Shown piece by piece: positions 31,751 through 41,900 of a stretch of DNA of 64,000 nt (within the stretch, counting starts at the first letter, position 1; every line of letters begins with the position of its first letter). Below the pieces are notes generated by a model. The model had not been told where the DNA came from. It was given only the letters and a program-made list of their open reading frames with translations, and ran no database searches. Made by a program: the position numbers and the translations under genes. The stretch comes from Candidatus Poribacteria bacterium (GTDB lineage Bacteria; Poribacteria; WGA-4E; WGA-3G): positions 320,001 to 384,000 of the forward strand of contig OZ219750.1 of the NCBI GenBank assembly GCA_964291315.2, read 5' to 3'.

Positions 31751-32004
31751 TCTAACTATTTTATCAAGCTCATGTTATAAGTAGGAATGACAAGACTTGC
31801 ATTCGTTTGGATGTTCTCCTAAATGTCGTCCGTTTTTGACAGGTTTCTTTTTTGGACCTGAAGTGTAATGATGCTTTCCTCTCAGGCCGATTGGAAGCTT
31901 AGTCGAAATACCAACTCTATAAAAACGTGAGTTGGTTTATAAATGACTGAGAAGAGAGGGGTTTCAACAGTTGTATCCCGACTGTAGGCAGCGGGTTTTG
32001 CCCA

Positions 32005-33345
32005 TCACAAGACATCAATAGAGGCACCTATTGCTTTGAGTTTCTCAGGCACATTCGCATACCCGCGTTCTATATAATTAATGCCCCTGACGTCACTGAC
32101 TCCTTCTGCTATTAACGCAGCAATAATATATGCGAACCCTGCGCGTAAATCCGGAATCGTAATGGTCTGCCCTTCGAGGTGTGTGGGACCTCGGACGATA
32201 CAACTGTGTAATTGATTTTTATCCCGAAATCGACACGGTTTAGTGCCCAGGCATGATTTAGATAAATCAATATCAGCTCCCATAGCACCTAGCAGGTGAG
32301 TATAACCAAATCTATCCTCATATACAGTCTCATGTATAACAGAAACCCCATTCGCTTGTGTAAGCAAAACCACAAAAGGTTGTTGCCAGTCGGTCATGAA
32401 TCCTGGGTGGACATCCGTTTCGATGTAGCTACCATACAATTCACGGTTCTGTCGAAAGAATGTAATCCCATTGGTGTCAACCTGCATTTCCCCTCCGACT
32501 TTCCGCAGCTCATTGAGGAATGTAATCATGTCGGCTTGATTGGCATTCTTTACGGTAACACGTCCATCTGTGGCAACGGCGGCAGTCGCGAGTGATGCCA
32601 CTTCAATCCTATCACTCATTGTGTGATGCGTAGCCCCGTGGAGCTGATTAACCCCTTCAATTATAATCTGTCTATCGACATCGAGGGTAATCAAAGCTCC
32701 CATTTTCTGCAGGAAAAGAACTGTATCAATAATTTCCGGCTCTATCGCTGCGTTAATAATAACAGTCGTTCCTTCAGCCAGTGTCGCTGCCATTAATATA
32801 TTTTCTGTTGCTCCTACACTCGGATAGGGTAATTCCACCACAGTTCCCTGTAATTTTCCGCTCCGGGCTATGTAATACTCATCGTGAATTTCGACGTTGG
32901 CGCCCATTGCCTCTAATCCCGTGATATGAAAATCAATAGGACGCTCTCCTATTCTACACCCGCCAACCGTCGGCACTTTTACTTCGTCTGCTCGATGTAG
33001 AAGCGGACCAATGAGCAAGATCGGAATACGGTTGAACCCCGAATATATTTCACTCACTGTTGCCCGCGCAAGTTTAGGCGTTTGAATGACCAATGTCCCC
33101 TCGTCCAACCATTCATAGATCGTCCCTACCTCTGAGAGCATATCAAGAATTGCGTCAATTTCGGTAATACGAGGCACATTCGTAAAAGTACAAGGTGCCT
33201 CTGTTAATATGGAGGCAACGATTTGTTTACTGATAGCGTTTTTCGCTGCATCAACCTCAACAACCCCTTCAAGTTTATAGCCGCCATCTATAAGATAATG
33301 TTTTTCCGTTGTTTCCTGCTGAACAACTTCTTTGCGTTTCGCCAT
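32005..33345 (-). CDS. murA: UDP-N-acetylglucosamine 1-carboxyvinyltransferase
   Basis: AKNA, GGCRIG.RP, SVGATEN, PGF.TD.Q, DLRAG, RGY. Confidence 0.97.
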   Translation of the reverse strand: MAKRKEVVQQETTEKHYLIDGGYKLEGVVEVDAAKNAISKQIVASILTEAPCTFTNVPRITEIDAILDMLSEVGTIYEWLDEGTLVIQTPKLARATVSEIYSGFNRIPILLIGPLLHRADEVKVPTVGGCRIGERPIDFHITGLEAMGANVEIHDEYYIARSGKLQGTVVELPYPSVGATENILMAATLAEGTTVIINAAIEPEIIDTVLFLQKMGALITLDVDRQIIIEGVNQLHGATHHTMSDRIEVASLATAAVATDGRVTVKNANQADMITFLNELRKVGGEMQVDTNGITFFRQNRELYGSYIETDVHPGFMTDWQQPFVVLLTQANGVSVIHETVYEDRFGYTHLLGAMGADIDLSKSCLGTKPCRFRDKNQLHSCIVRGPTHLEGQTITIPDLRAGFAYIIAALIAEGVSDVRGINYIERGYANVPEKLKAIGASIDVL

Positions 33346-33683
33346 GTTTTTCTCCCGATCAGTTCATACAGTCCGCTCCAAAGAGCCACGGTTTGCCCCA
33401 TTCCTTCGCTGTACACAAGAAAGAGATTTACCAATAGAAAGCCAGGTTTCGTGAAAAACGGATGGATTGTCTCCCCGGATCGCTGATCCCCGTAGACAAT
33501 GTAGATCACGAGATTTTCAATCATAGTGTACTTAGAAACAACGTTGAAATTGTTTTTATGGTTTCTAGATGAACGTAGACGGAAGGTTATCCATTTTTCT
33601 CTCCCAAGTTCAACGTATTGTTCTGGGCAACAGCGACAGCCTCCTTTTTCGTGGCGTTTACGACGACAGCATTAGTTCCTTTG

Positions 33684-33814
33684 TGGTTGTACCGCGAGTC
33701 AACTGAATAAAAGTTGGTTAGATTTTAATATTGACAATTTTTCTATAAGGTGTTAGCTTAAGTGGCAAACCTCTTTGTTTACGAGCTTTTTAGGTTTACA
33801 TCGTATAGTACGAT
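33684..33814 (+). repeat. Copy 3 (shorter, more diverged) of the promoter plus structured-leader element
   Basis: TTGACA(33731-6)-17-TAGCTT(33754-9) with an identical spacer ATTTTTCTATAAGGTGT. Confidence 0.8.
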
Positions 33815-33830
33815 AATAGGAGCACTCCAC

Positions 33831-34010
33831 ATGAAAAAAGCGGTTAAAAGCGCGATAGATCTTTGCAAATATGCTCGACAGCGACATATCAACTACCTCC
33901 AGAATTTGAGCAGCCGCGAGAGGAATATAGTGGCAGTTGTGAAAATAGTGTCCATTGTGTTGCTATTTGTGTCTCTATTCCTTATGGTATATGTCTATTT
34001 GTATCTTTAA
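33831..34010 (+). CDS. 59-aa C-terminally anchored membrane peptide
   Basis: AGGAG RBS before ATG 33831; hydrophobic C-terminus. Confidence 0.55.
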   Translation: MKKAVKSAIDLCKYARQRHINYLQNLSSRERNIVAVVKIVSIVLLFVSLFLMVYVYLYL

Positions 34011-34147
34011 TGCTAATATAGTGTTTGGGTTGAGAGGCGCCGGGTTCTCATTTTGAAGTTGCCTCGGAGGTATCCAACCCCTCGGCGGACACGCTAACGC
34101 GAATATTTATGAGCATCTGTCGTTTAAAAAAAGAGGAGATATATGAA

Positions 34148-34801
34148 ATGACTAAAAACGTCAGCGTCCTATTCATTTTCTGCTTCATTTCTGCCGTTGG
34201 TGCGTTTTGGTATTTCGGACATCATCGTCCTGCTCAAGAAATACAACGAGCGGAGCCCGTGGAGATTTATAAGCCAACGCTCTCTGAACCGCGTCGAGTG
34301 AAAGAACCTTCCCCTGTTACGGAAACGCCTCCACCCTCAGAAACAGAGCGTAACGAGTTCTCTGACACTTCCACACAGTCGGACATAACGGGTGAGGGTT
34401 TCGACGACAACGCCCTGCCTGCCTCTGATCCGGGCGCGCCCGCTGTCGGGACAGCTGAAGTGTCGACTGCCCCCGAACAATCAGAGGGATTTCTAGGCGA
34501 TCACCCGCCTCATGAGCATAACGACTCAGCGAAATCAGAGCTCAGGGAGGAAGTGGCTGCGGCATTGGCATCAGCTGAAAGAACCATGGAAAAGGGGATG
34601 GTGGCGCTGGTTCAGATACTCAAGTCCAAACCGGTAGAAGAACAACGTATCATGTGGAAGGCCATGAAAGAGAGTGCTTTCACTACCAAAAATCCTGTCA
34701 CACAAGAGCAGTTAACGCCTGAGCAAGCTGAAGAGGTATGGCAGATGATGGTCAATATCATAAAAAGCACCGGGTATGTTCTGCCGGAAGGAGTGGAGTG
34801 A
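34148..34801 (+). CDS. N-anchored hypothetical protein with a Pro/Glu-rich linker
   Basis: GAGGAG RBS, N-terminal TM helix, EPVEIYK motif. Confidence 0.7.
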   Translation: MTKNVSVLFIFCFISAVGAFWYFGHHRPAQEIQRAEPVEIYKPTLSEPRRVKEPSPVTETPPPSETERNEFSDTSTQSDITGEGFDDNALPASDPGAPAVGTAEVSTAPEQSEGFLGDHPPHEHNDSAKSELREEVAAALASAERTMEKGMVALVQILKSKPVEEQRIMWKAMKESAFTTKNPVTQEQLTPEQAEEVWQMMVNIIKSTGYVLPEGVE

Positions 34802-34970
34802 TGAAACGGTTGCCTTTTCTTGTATGGCGTGGGTATCCTTGTTCTCACGGGTTTTTTTATTGCATCCTTTGAGTCTGTTACAAGGCGGGGGAACGCATCG
34901 AGAAAACGCAAACAGCGAGGGTGAGAAAAAAGAAGAAGCTAAGAGATTCGCCTTTCCTAGAAGGAAACAC

Positions 34971-35657
34971 ATGAGAACGAGTCTTCAAAACGTCAGAGAT
35001 ATCTTCGTAAACCCGAGACAGGCCTTCGTGCATCTTAAAGATGATCCCAAATGGCTGTTGGCGTTTGCTCTCCATTGCCTCAGCTTTGTTGTTGTGGCAT
35101 GGGTAACTGATCCTTTTGAAGCCCACCTCTCTTCCGCAAATATTTCAGAGGAAGGGGGTGCCTCTGACAGCGTGAGAGATACCTATCCCATCATATATTT
35201 AGTTACTGCTGTGCTGGGTGGCAGTTTTATAATGTTAATGTTTGCTCTATTGAGTGGGTTTCTCTGGACGGTAGCGCGCCTCTTCCGAATAAATCGGAGT
35301 ATCCTCAAATTTAGTCACATCTATGTATGCCTTCTACACATCACGCTTATTACTGTTTGCGAAGAGCTTCTTAATACAGTATTGCTTCTCATTTTTAGAA
35401 CTCCCCAGGATGTATATACAAGGATAGACCTGCAGCTGATTCCGGGATTACACGATCTGTTAGGTTTTGTACAGAATGAGAAGCTGCTAATGTTTCTGAG
35501 CAGTTACAATCTCTTCAGTGTGTGGGAAATCGTTCTTACGGTAATTGCCGTTGTCGTTTTGATAGGGGTGGATAGATTGCGGGCGATTTTGATAGCGTTG
35601 TGCCTATCGCTTGTTATGGCAGTTCCGTTTCTTATCTATGCCTTATATTTGTTGTAA
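34971..35657 (+). CDS. Yip1-domain membrane protein
   Basis: IFVNPRQAF..LK..PKW N-terminal signature, ~5 TM segments, NLFSVW. Confidence 0.75.
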   Translation: MRTSLQNVRDIFVNPRQAFVHLKDDPKWLLAFALHCLSFVVVAWVTDPFEAHLSSANISEEGGASDSVRDTYPIIYLVTAVLGGSFIMLMFALLSGFLWTVARLFRINRSILKFSHIYVCLLHITLITVCEELLNTVLLLIFRTPQDVYTRIDLQLIPGLHDLLGFVQNEKLLMFLSSYNLFSVWEIVLTVIAVVVLIGVDRLRAILIALCLSLVMAVPFLIYALYLL

Positions 35658-35668
35658 CATTTTACTAA

Positions 35669-35980
35669 ATGATGACTCAACTCCGAAAGCGCAGTCTACT
35701 TCTTAATGCGTTCACAATGATCATGGTATTTGTAATAACAATGTTTGTATCATTTCCGCAATTTCTCGAAACAGGATTTGCAGATTGGAGAGACATTGGA
35801 GGCCCTGCTGTGGCATGTGTGGGTGCAGTAGTAACAGGGACCGCTGCGGTTGCTGTTCTTGGGGTGTCTGCTCCGGTGTGGGTCCCGGCGGTTGCATTTG
35901 GCGGTTCAGTTGTAGGGTTGATCGGCACCGGAATAACGCTTTGGGACGCTATAGATGGTGCCGATGCTCCGTTCTATTAG
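35669..35980 (+). CDS. Sec-secreted Gly/Ala/Val-rich bacteriocin-like peptide
   Basis: RKR plus hydrophobic leader ending GFA; mature part of about 65 aa is hydrophobic with small-residue zipper motifs. Confidence 0.6.
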   Translation: MMTQLRKRSLLLNAFTMIMVFVITMFVSFPQFLETGFADWRDIGGPAVACVGAVVTGTAAVAVLGVSAPVWVPAVAFGGSVVGLIGTGITLWDAIDGADAPFY

Positions 35981-36738
35981 ATAACCGCTATGTCTTTTAG
36001 ATATTGCAGCGAATCTGCCACTCTTGCTTGCACGCCTGCCTCGTCAAGGTTCTCGCCTTCGATTCCTTCCAATTCCATTGTGAAAGGTCCATAGAAACCG
36101 TTAGCGTTCAATTCTTGGAATAGTGCCTTGAAATCGACTACACCTTCTCCGAGTGTCGGGAAATGCCACGTTCTATAGCCCCCGTTTGTATCCTTGAGGT
36201 GAACTGCGCCAACGTGTGGAAGAACCTTCTGAACTTCCGAAACAGCCGTCACATTGTGATTGTAATAATAGACGTTGCCAGTGTCAAAATTGATGCAGAT
36301 ATTCGGATGGTTGACGGCTTTCATCGTTTCCAATGCGATATTTCCGTTCTGTGCCATATCTGGATGGGTCTCCAAGCAGACCTTAATGCCAGCCGGGGCA
36401 GCGTTCTCGCCAATGGCGCGAAGTCGATCGCAGGCAACGTTTCGGTCTGTATCGCCAGCGTGGACACTAACGAAGATGATTTGCACGTCCATCTGGGCCG
36501 CGATATTTAGGGTTGTTTGGAAGTCAGTAACAACCGTTTCAGAGGCAATATTGCATCCGCCGAGTAGACTGGTAGCGGTCAGTCCGTATGCGTCTAATTC
36601 TGACTGGAGTGCATCCACAGATTCAGTCGAAGGCACCCCGATTTCCACATTCGTCAGGCCGATTTCTGCTAGGTGTGCATACGCGCCCGCTCGAAACTGC
36701 CCATAACTCCCTAAATTACATGCGATAATGTTTTTCAT
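35977..36738 (-). CDS. Sugar phosphate isomerase/epimerase (xylose-isomerase-like TIM barrel)
   Basis: LETH, NFDTGN, HLKD, LGEG.VDF, ELE. Confidence 0.9.
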   Translation of the reverse strand: MKNIIACNLGSYGQFRAGAYAHLAEIGLTNVEIGVPSTESVDALQSELDAYGLTATSLLGGCNIASETVVTDFQTTLNIAAQMDVQIIFVSVHAGDTDRNVACDRLRAIGENAAPAGIKVCLETHPDMAQNGNIALETMKAVNHPNICINFDTGNVYYYNHNVTAVSEVQKVLPHVGAVHLKDTNGGYRTWHFPTLGEGVVDFKALFQELNANGFYGPFTMELEGIEGENLDEAGVQARVADSLQYLKDIAVI

Positions 36739-36815
36739 GTTTGTCTCCCTATTCAATATTATTGTGATAAGTTTAGAATTAACTCAGAACTATTCAGTTT
36801 TCCTAGACACCTATT

Positions 36816-37823
36816 CTACGGAATTTTTCGTAGCACTGTATTGCTCAATAATATTTCTATTCCTAATAATAACGCTGTAGGTATCAGGAAGTAGGGTGCT
36901 AGCTCTTTGTGCTCGACGACGGTAGTGACTTCGAATTTTGTTTTCTCAAATAGGTTAATTTCCGCGTAAATTTGCTGTAACGACTGTGTGTCTGTGGCGC
37001 GAAAGTAGCGGCCTCCTGTTATGCTTGCGATGCGCCTCAGCGTATCTTCGTCGAGGTAGGTTAGGACCTCGCGGTATCGTTTCCCGAAGGTGGTATCTGC
37101 GTACGGGATACGCGCACCGTCCTCTTTCCCCATTCCGATGGTATAGACTTTAATCCCGAAGGATTGGGCCAGAGAGGCTGCTGTTTCTGGCTCGATAGTG
37201 CCGGCGTTGTTTTCACCGTCGCTCAAGAGGATGACAATCTGGGTGTCGGATTCCGATAACTGCAGCCGGTGAGTAGCGGTTGCAAGCGCATCACCGATTG
37301 CTGTGCCGTCTTCCAACTGACCCACTTCTATACCCCGGAGCAACTCCATCAGTACCGAATAGTCGAGCGTAAGTGGGCAGAGCGTAAAACTTTCACCACT
37401 AAATATAACTAGACCGATGCGATCATTTTCGCGGCGGGCTAGAAAATCGTTAATGACCGATTTCGCAGTTTGAATACGATTCGCTCCTTCGAAATCCTCT
37501 GCTCGCATGCTCTCCGAGATGTCGAGTGCTAATAGGATATCTATTCCCTCTAAAAATCTATGCTCACGGCTTTGGGAAAGTTGGGGGCGAGCTAGTGTAA
37601 AGATTAGAAGCCCGAGAACGATAAACCTCAGGATGCGAAGTATTGGTAGTGCTTTGACCGAGGTGGCCTCCTGCATCTGTTGAATGCTTGCCCTGAATCC
37701 GTGTCTGAAGTCGGAAAAATATATGACGGGGACGATTGACTGTTTGCGGAGCCAGCGTAACGCAAATATTAGGATTGGCAAAACGAGCAGCAGAGCAAGG
37801 AAAATAGGTGAAGCGAGCTTCAT
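36816..37823 (-). CDS. BatA-like VWA domain protein
   Basis: LARPQ, MIDAS DISESM, CPLTLD, GTAIGD, LSDGENN, TGG.YFRA. Confidence 0.9.
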   Translation of the reverse strand: MKLASPIFLALLLVLPILIFALRWLRKQSIVPVIYFSDFRHGFRASIQQMQEATSVKALPILRILRFIVLGLLIFTLARPQLSQSREHRFLEGIDILLALDISESMRAEDFEGANRIQTAKSVINDFLARRENDRIGLVIFSGESFTLCPLTLDYSVLMELLRGIEVGQLEDGTAIGDALATATHRLQLSESDTQIVILLSDGENNAGTIEPETAASLAQSFGIKVYTIGMGKEDGARIPYADTTFGKRYREVLTYLDEDTLRRIASITGGRYFRATDTQSLQQIYAEINLFEKTKFEVTTVVEHKELAPYFLIPTALLLGIEILLSNTVLRKIP

Positions 37824-37849
37824 GCTTGCTAACTCCTTTCTGACCGTGG

Positions 37850-38842
37850 TTACCACCCGCTGCCGGGAATGGATGAGATATTTCTGTGTGGATTTTGTTG
37901 GAACATTCTGCTGATGCTGCTCAGCAAACATAATCCGATGCTCATAGCGTTGACAAGGAGAAACGTCACCCAGTCAATATATGGCAGTGCTGTCGCCATA
38001 AAGTAGAGTATGTAACTGAAGACTATGCCGAGTGGTCTCAGTCGTCCTGAAAAGATCGTGCTACCGAGCGTGAGAAAAATTGCTGTTTTTCCAAAGACTG
38101 CCAGTGGCACCAAGAGTGCTAATACTAACAACATAAACGGTACCCCGATTATTGAGAGGGTCAGTAGCGTCAGGAGCAGCGGTATTGTGGGCAACATCAA
38201 GCCCCCAAATAGAATACTACCTATGGGTCTACGTGCCAGCAAATTGCTCATTGCATTTATCGGTTTTAAAAATAAGAGTGCGATTAACAGATACATCAAA
38301 AGAGAGAGCCCGGACTTTAGCAGCGTCGATCGTAAATTCCAGTCTCTGTCGATGGTTCTTGAGAAAATATAGGGGTGCATTGCGATTTTTACTGCAGCAG
38401 GTACCATTTCCCAGCGATTGCTCACTCTGATATTCGCTGCGCCGTCTATATTCCCGGATACTTGTCCACCGATAACCTCGAGGGTCCCATCCACTCGCGA
38501 TCCATTTGTGAGTACAACGTCTCCGCCGAGTACCAACATATTTCCAGTGACAGCTCCTTGTAGCCTGGCATTTCCACCAATCATGATGAGTGTCGTTATG
38601 GTTTCATCGGCTGTTAACTCATAGTCGTTGGCAATTCTTAAGACTCGCCGATTCTGTTCAGGTAATGTCTGCTTTGTTGCCGCTGTTCCATCGTCTCTTG
38701 GATTGTCGGTTCCTGTTTCCGTTTCTGTTAGTAGTTTTCCGGAGTTCTCGTCTGAAACTTGGGGTTCGCTAATTGAGATTTCCCCAAACACCGGCAGTAC
38801 GTTAAAGATTAAAAGTAAAGAAATGAGTCCTACGTTCTTCAT
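37850..38842 (-). CDS. Membrane protein with a short beta-helix (polymer-forming-like) repeat and multiple TMs
   Basis: Signal peptide; repeats IGG.A.L.G.V.G...VLGG.V; C-terminal TM bundle. Confidence 0.65.
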   Translation of the reverse strand: MKNVGLISLLLIFNVLPVFGEISISEPQVSDENSGKLLTETETGTDNPRDDGTAATKQTLPEQNRRVLRIANDYELTADETITTLIMIGGNARLQGAVTGNMLVLGGDVVLTNGSRVDGTLEVIGGQVSGNIDGAANIRVSNRWEMVPAAVKIAMHPYIFSRTIDRDWNLRSTLLKSGLSLLMYLLIALLFLKPINAMSNLLARRPIGSILFGGLMLPTIPLLLTLLTLSIIGVPFMLLVLALLVPLAVFGKTAIFLTLGSTIFSGRLRPLGIVFSYILYFMATALPYIDWVTFLLVNAMSIGLCLLSSISRMFQQNPHRNISSIPGSGW

Positions 38843-38877
38843 ATTGCTCTTTTTGTGTCAAAAGGAATGTATGGTAA

Positions 38878-38906
38878 ATTATAGACTGAACCCTGTTTCT
38901 TGTCAA
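38878..38906 (-). promoter_or_regulatory. Consensus sigma70 promoter
   Basis: TTGACA-17-TATAAT on the minus strand upstream of 38842. Confidence 0.75.
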
Positions 38907-38940
38907 TGTTTTTCCCAAGTAACTTAGGGGAATTCAGTTT

Positions 38941-41900
38941 TCAGTAATCTCTCAAGCCCATCCTATATTTGATGTCGTAGTTGATGATGAAGTCTAATTC
39001 CTCGTCCGTGAAGCCGTAGTGTTTTGCGAGGACGCGGTCTATTTCGTCTATAATGTGCTTGGAATGCCGCGGATAAAACTCATCGTAGATGACCTGTCCA
39101 GTGGTCTTATAGGACGCTTTCTTGCGTTGTGAGTGATGTTTGAGATCTACCATCAAGTCCTCGCACAGCTGGGAGAGGCTCTGCTTGATTTGCCGCTCCA
39201 TATCATCTATCCCAATCGGAAAACTTCTAATTTCACGCAAATTGACGTGCCGGCAATCGGAAAGCACAACAAACCACCAGTAGAAAAGCGAGCTGTTCAA
39301 GCTTGCGGCGGCGACATAAGCGTCTAATTGGGTTCTAAAGTGCAGCGGTTTCATCTGAGTTGAGATTTTCTCACCATCTCGCTCGTTCCAAAAGTAGGGA
39401 ACAAAGTTCATTGCTCGAATCCAATAGCCCGGGGCGTTATGGTAGTATATTGTGTAGGGGGCCCGCTTCGTATCAAGGTGTTTGCCTAAAGCTGAGAACT
39501 GAGATAATCTCTTCCACACATTTTGTTCGATCTCGCTCCGGACTTTCGGCACAGAATTTTGAAATGAGATATGCGTAACCTCTGCGTATTCTGCGACACT
39601 GAAGAGATATTCGCGAAATATCTCGTTCCATCTGTTATAGCCGGATGTATACAACAGATTGGATGCCTTTGAACTCTGTTGAAGAATATAGATCGCCAGT
39701 CGTTGACCTGCTCCGACAAATAATTTTGATGGGATCATAGCATATGTTTGTATCCACGCAGCGTGTTTATGGCGCTGGAATAAATGTTGGAGGGGCGCCA
39801 TTCTATCCGTGCAGTATGCGGAATGCGGGATTATCATTGATTTCCACCCATTCTTTTGAAGCAGCCGAAAGCTCCTTTCAAACACAAAGGCGTATAAATT
39901 GCCGCACGTTTCGGTTTCGTATCCTTTTACTGTGTAATCCTTTTTGACTTTGCTATATTCTATGTAGGGCGGGTTTCCGATGATGACATCAAATCCGCCG
40001 TCTTTGAGGATGCCGTAGAAAGCGATGAACCAGTGGAAGGGCTTATGCGTGTCAAGCCATTTGTGGTAATCCGTGATTACCCCCCCCCGCTTATTGCGTG
40101 TGAAGTGTCTATTCCATACTCACCCGCAAGATAGGTATTCAACTCGGCTTCTAAAGTATCCAGTCTGCTCTGTAATGCCTGCTTATCCGCACGCGTCACG
40201 ACCCCGCCTAACGCCGTCTGTTGCCTGCGAAACGCTTGGAACAACGCATCCACATCCTCTGCCTTCTCCCGAAGCCGCCGCATCGTGTCGTCAAAGTCCA
40301 GCTTGCCCGTCACCGCACGCTCTACCGCATCATACGTTGAGAACCCGACGAGACTATTCCCCGACTGGATGTTGAAGTCGATGTCTGGCAACGGCTCTAT
40401 CTGTCGCACATCTTCAATCTGTGAGACCATCTTCAGGAAGAGCCGGAGCTTACAGATTTCAATCGCCTCCGCCATGATGTCCACACCGTAGAGGTTATTT
40501 ATCACAATAGACTTGAGAATAAAATAGGCTCTGTTCGGATGCTGCTCGATACGCTTAAGCGTCTCTCGGAAGTCGGTGTATCTTCTGCCACCTGTTCCAG
40601 GGCGTGCGTCAGCATCGTTGAGGAAGGCTTGCATTCGGTCGAGACACGCCTCATAGAGCGGCACGAGGATATTCACAGCAGCGAAGAGGAACGCTCCGAG
40701 CCACACGTCGGATCCAGGATGCTGATGTGTCTGATCGCCTGCCAAAACGCACGCAGCAGCTCGGGGCCTTCACATCCCGCGATTACATCCTGTGCGAACT
40801 GACGGATATCCAAGTTGTAGGTAATCAGATCGTTGATGCTCCCGACGTCTCCGTTCACCAGCTTCGCACGCAGCGTCTCGTAGCGTTGTCGTCTTGCAAC
40901 GACTTCCCGCCATATCTCTGTCGGCAAGGCATACTCGGAAGGCGCAACGGTGTTCCAATCCGTGCGCTTAGAGACATCCGCAACCCCCGCAGCGATGTTA
41001 GGCGGCAGCTCTAATTCAGTCCCTTTGCTCACAGCCGGGTAGATATAGCGCTCCGGGGCATCTCGCAGCAATTGCCACACCGCACCACCCGCCGCAAACG
41101 CTATCTCACACGACCGACGCGCCGCATCAAAGAGAAACGGAATAATCGTGTTTTTGCTGATATACTCGGTGATGTCTTCCTTAGTATAATAAGCACCCAT
41201 CTGCTTCTGGTTGATGTATTTCTCAAAGATATATCCCAGCACATCCGGGTTGATCTCCGTGTCGTTTTTCAACGGGCGATCGTCCAAATGCCACTGATAC
41301 GCATCAAAGAAGCCGAAGAGCTGCTCAAACGCCGCATCCGGGATCTCAATACGCTCCCCGTGATGCGTCTCTATGGCGTGCTGCTCAAAGATACCACCGT
41401 TGAGATACGGCACATCCCCGAGGAGCCCGACCACGGCTCTGCTCCGCTCTGCCTCCGGCTTTGCGAACCCTTCAAAGAACAGCGGACAGAGAAACGCTCT
41501 ATAGTATCGGTCGCTGCCACTCTTTTGCGTCTCCGTCAACGTGTGCCGCAGATAGTCTGGGTCATTGTTGAGGAACCCCTTTTTCTGAATGAAGTAGATG
41601 AACATCAGCCGATTCAGCAGGATAGAGACATATGCGCGCTGCACCTCGGCATCCGGGATGCCCGTGAGGAACGATAAGAACGCCGTCTGCTCTCGCTTGA
41701 AGCGATCGTAAAACTTCTTGGTCACCCGCTCCGCATAGAACGCACTCCCGACACGCCCTGTCACGTCAGAGAGCGTCAGTTCGGCTTCTTCGTCAAGACT
41801 GAAGGCGATCGGCTCTAACTTTTGTATCAGCGACTCCCCCGATTGTGCCGTGTGATACCGGTGTTCTCGGCAGACATCTGGCTTGCCCGGCTCTCGTCTG

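Noticed and set aside
24955-33814. The repeated element as a CRISPR array, IS end or integron attC
   Set aside because: Only three dispersed copies kilobases apart; no spacers, cas genes, transposase, integrase or terminal inverted repeats seen.
33763-33814. c-di-GMP-I riboswitch (GGCAAACC)
   Set aside because: No GNRA loop or GACGCAAAGC-like junction, and the motif is not kept in copies 1 and 2.
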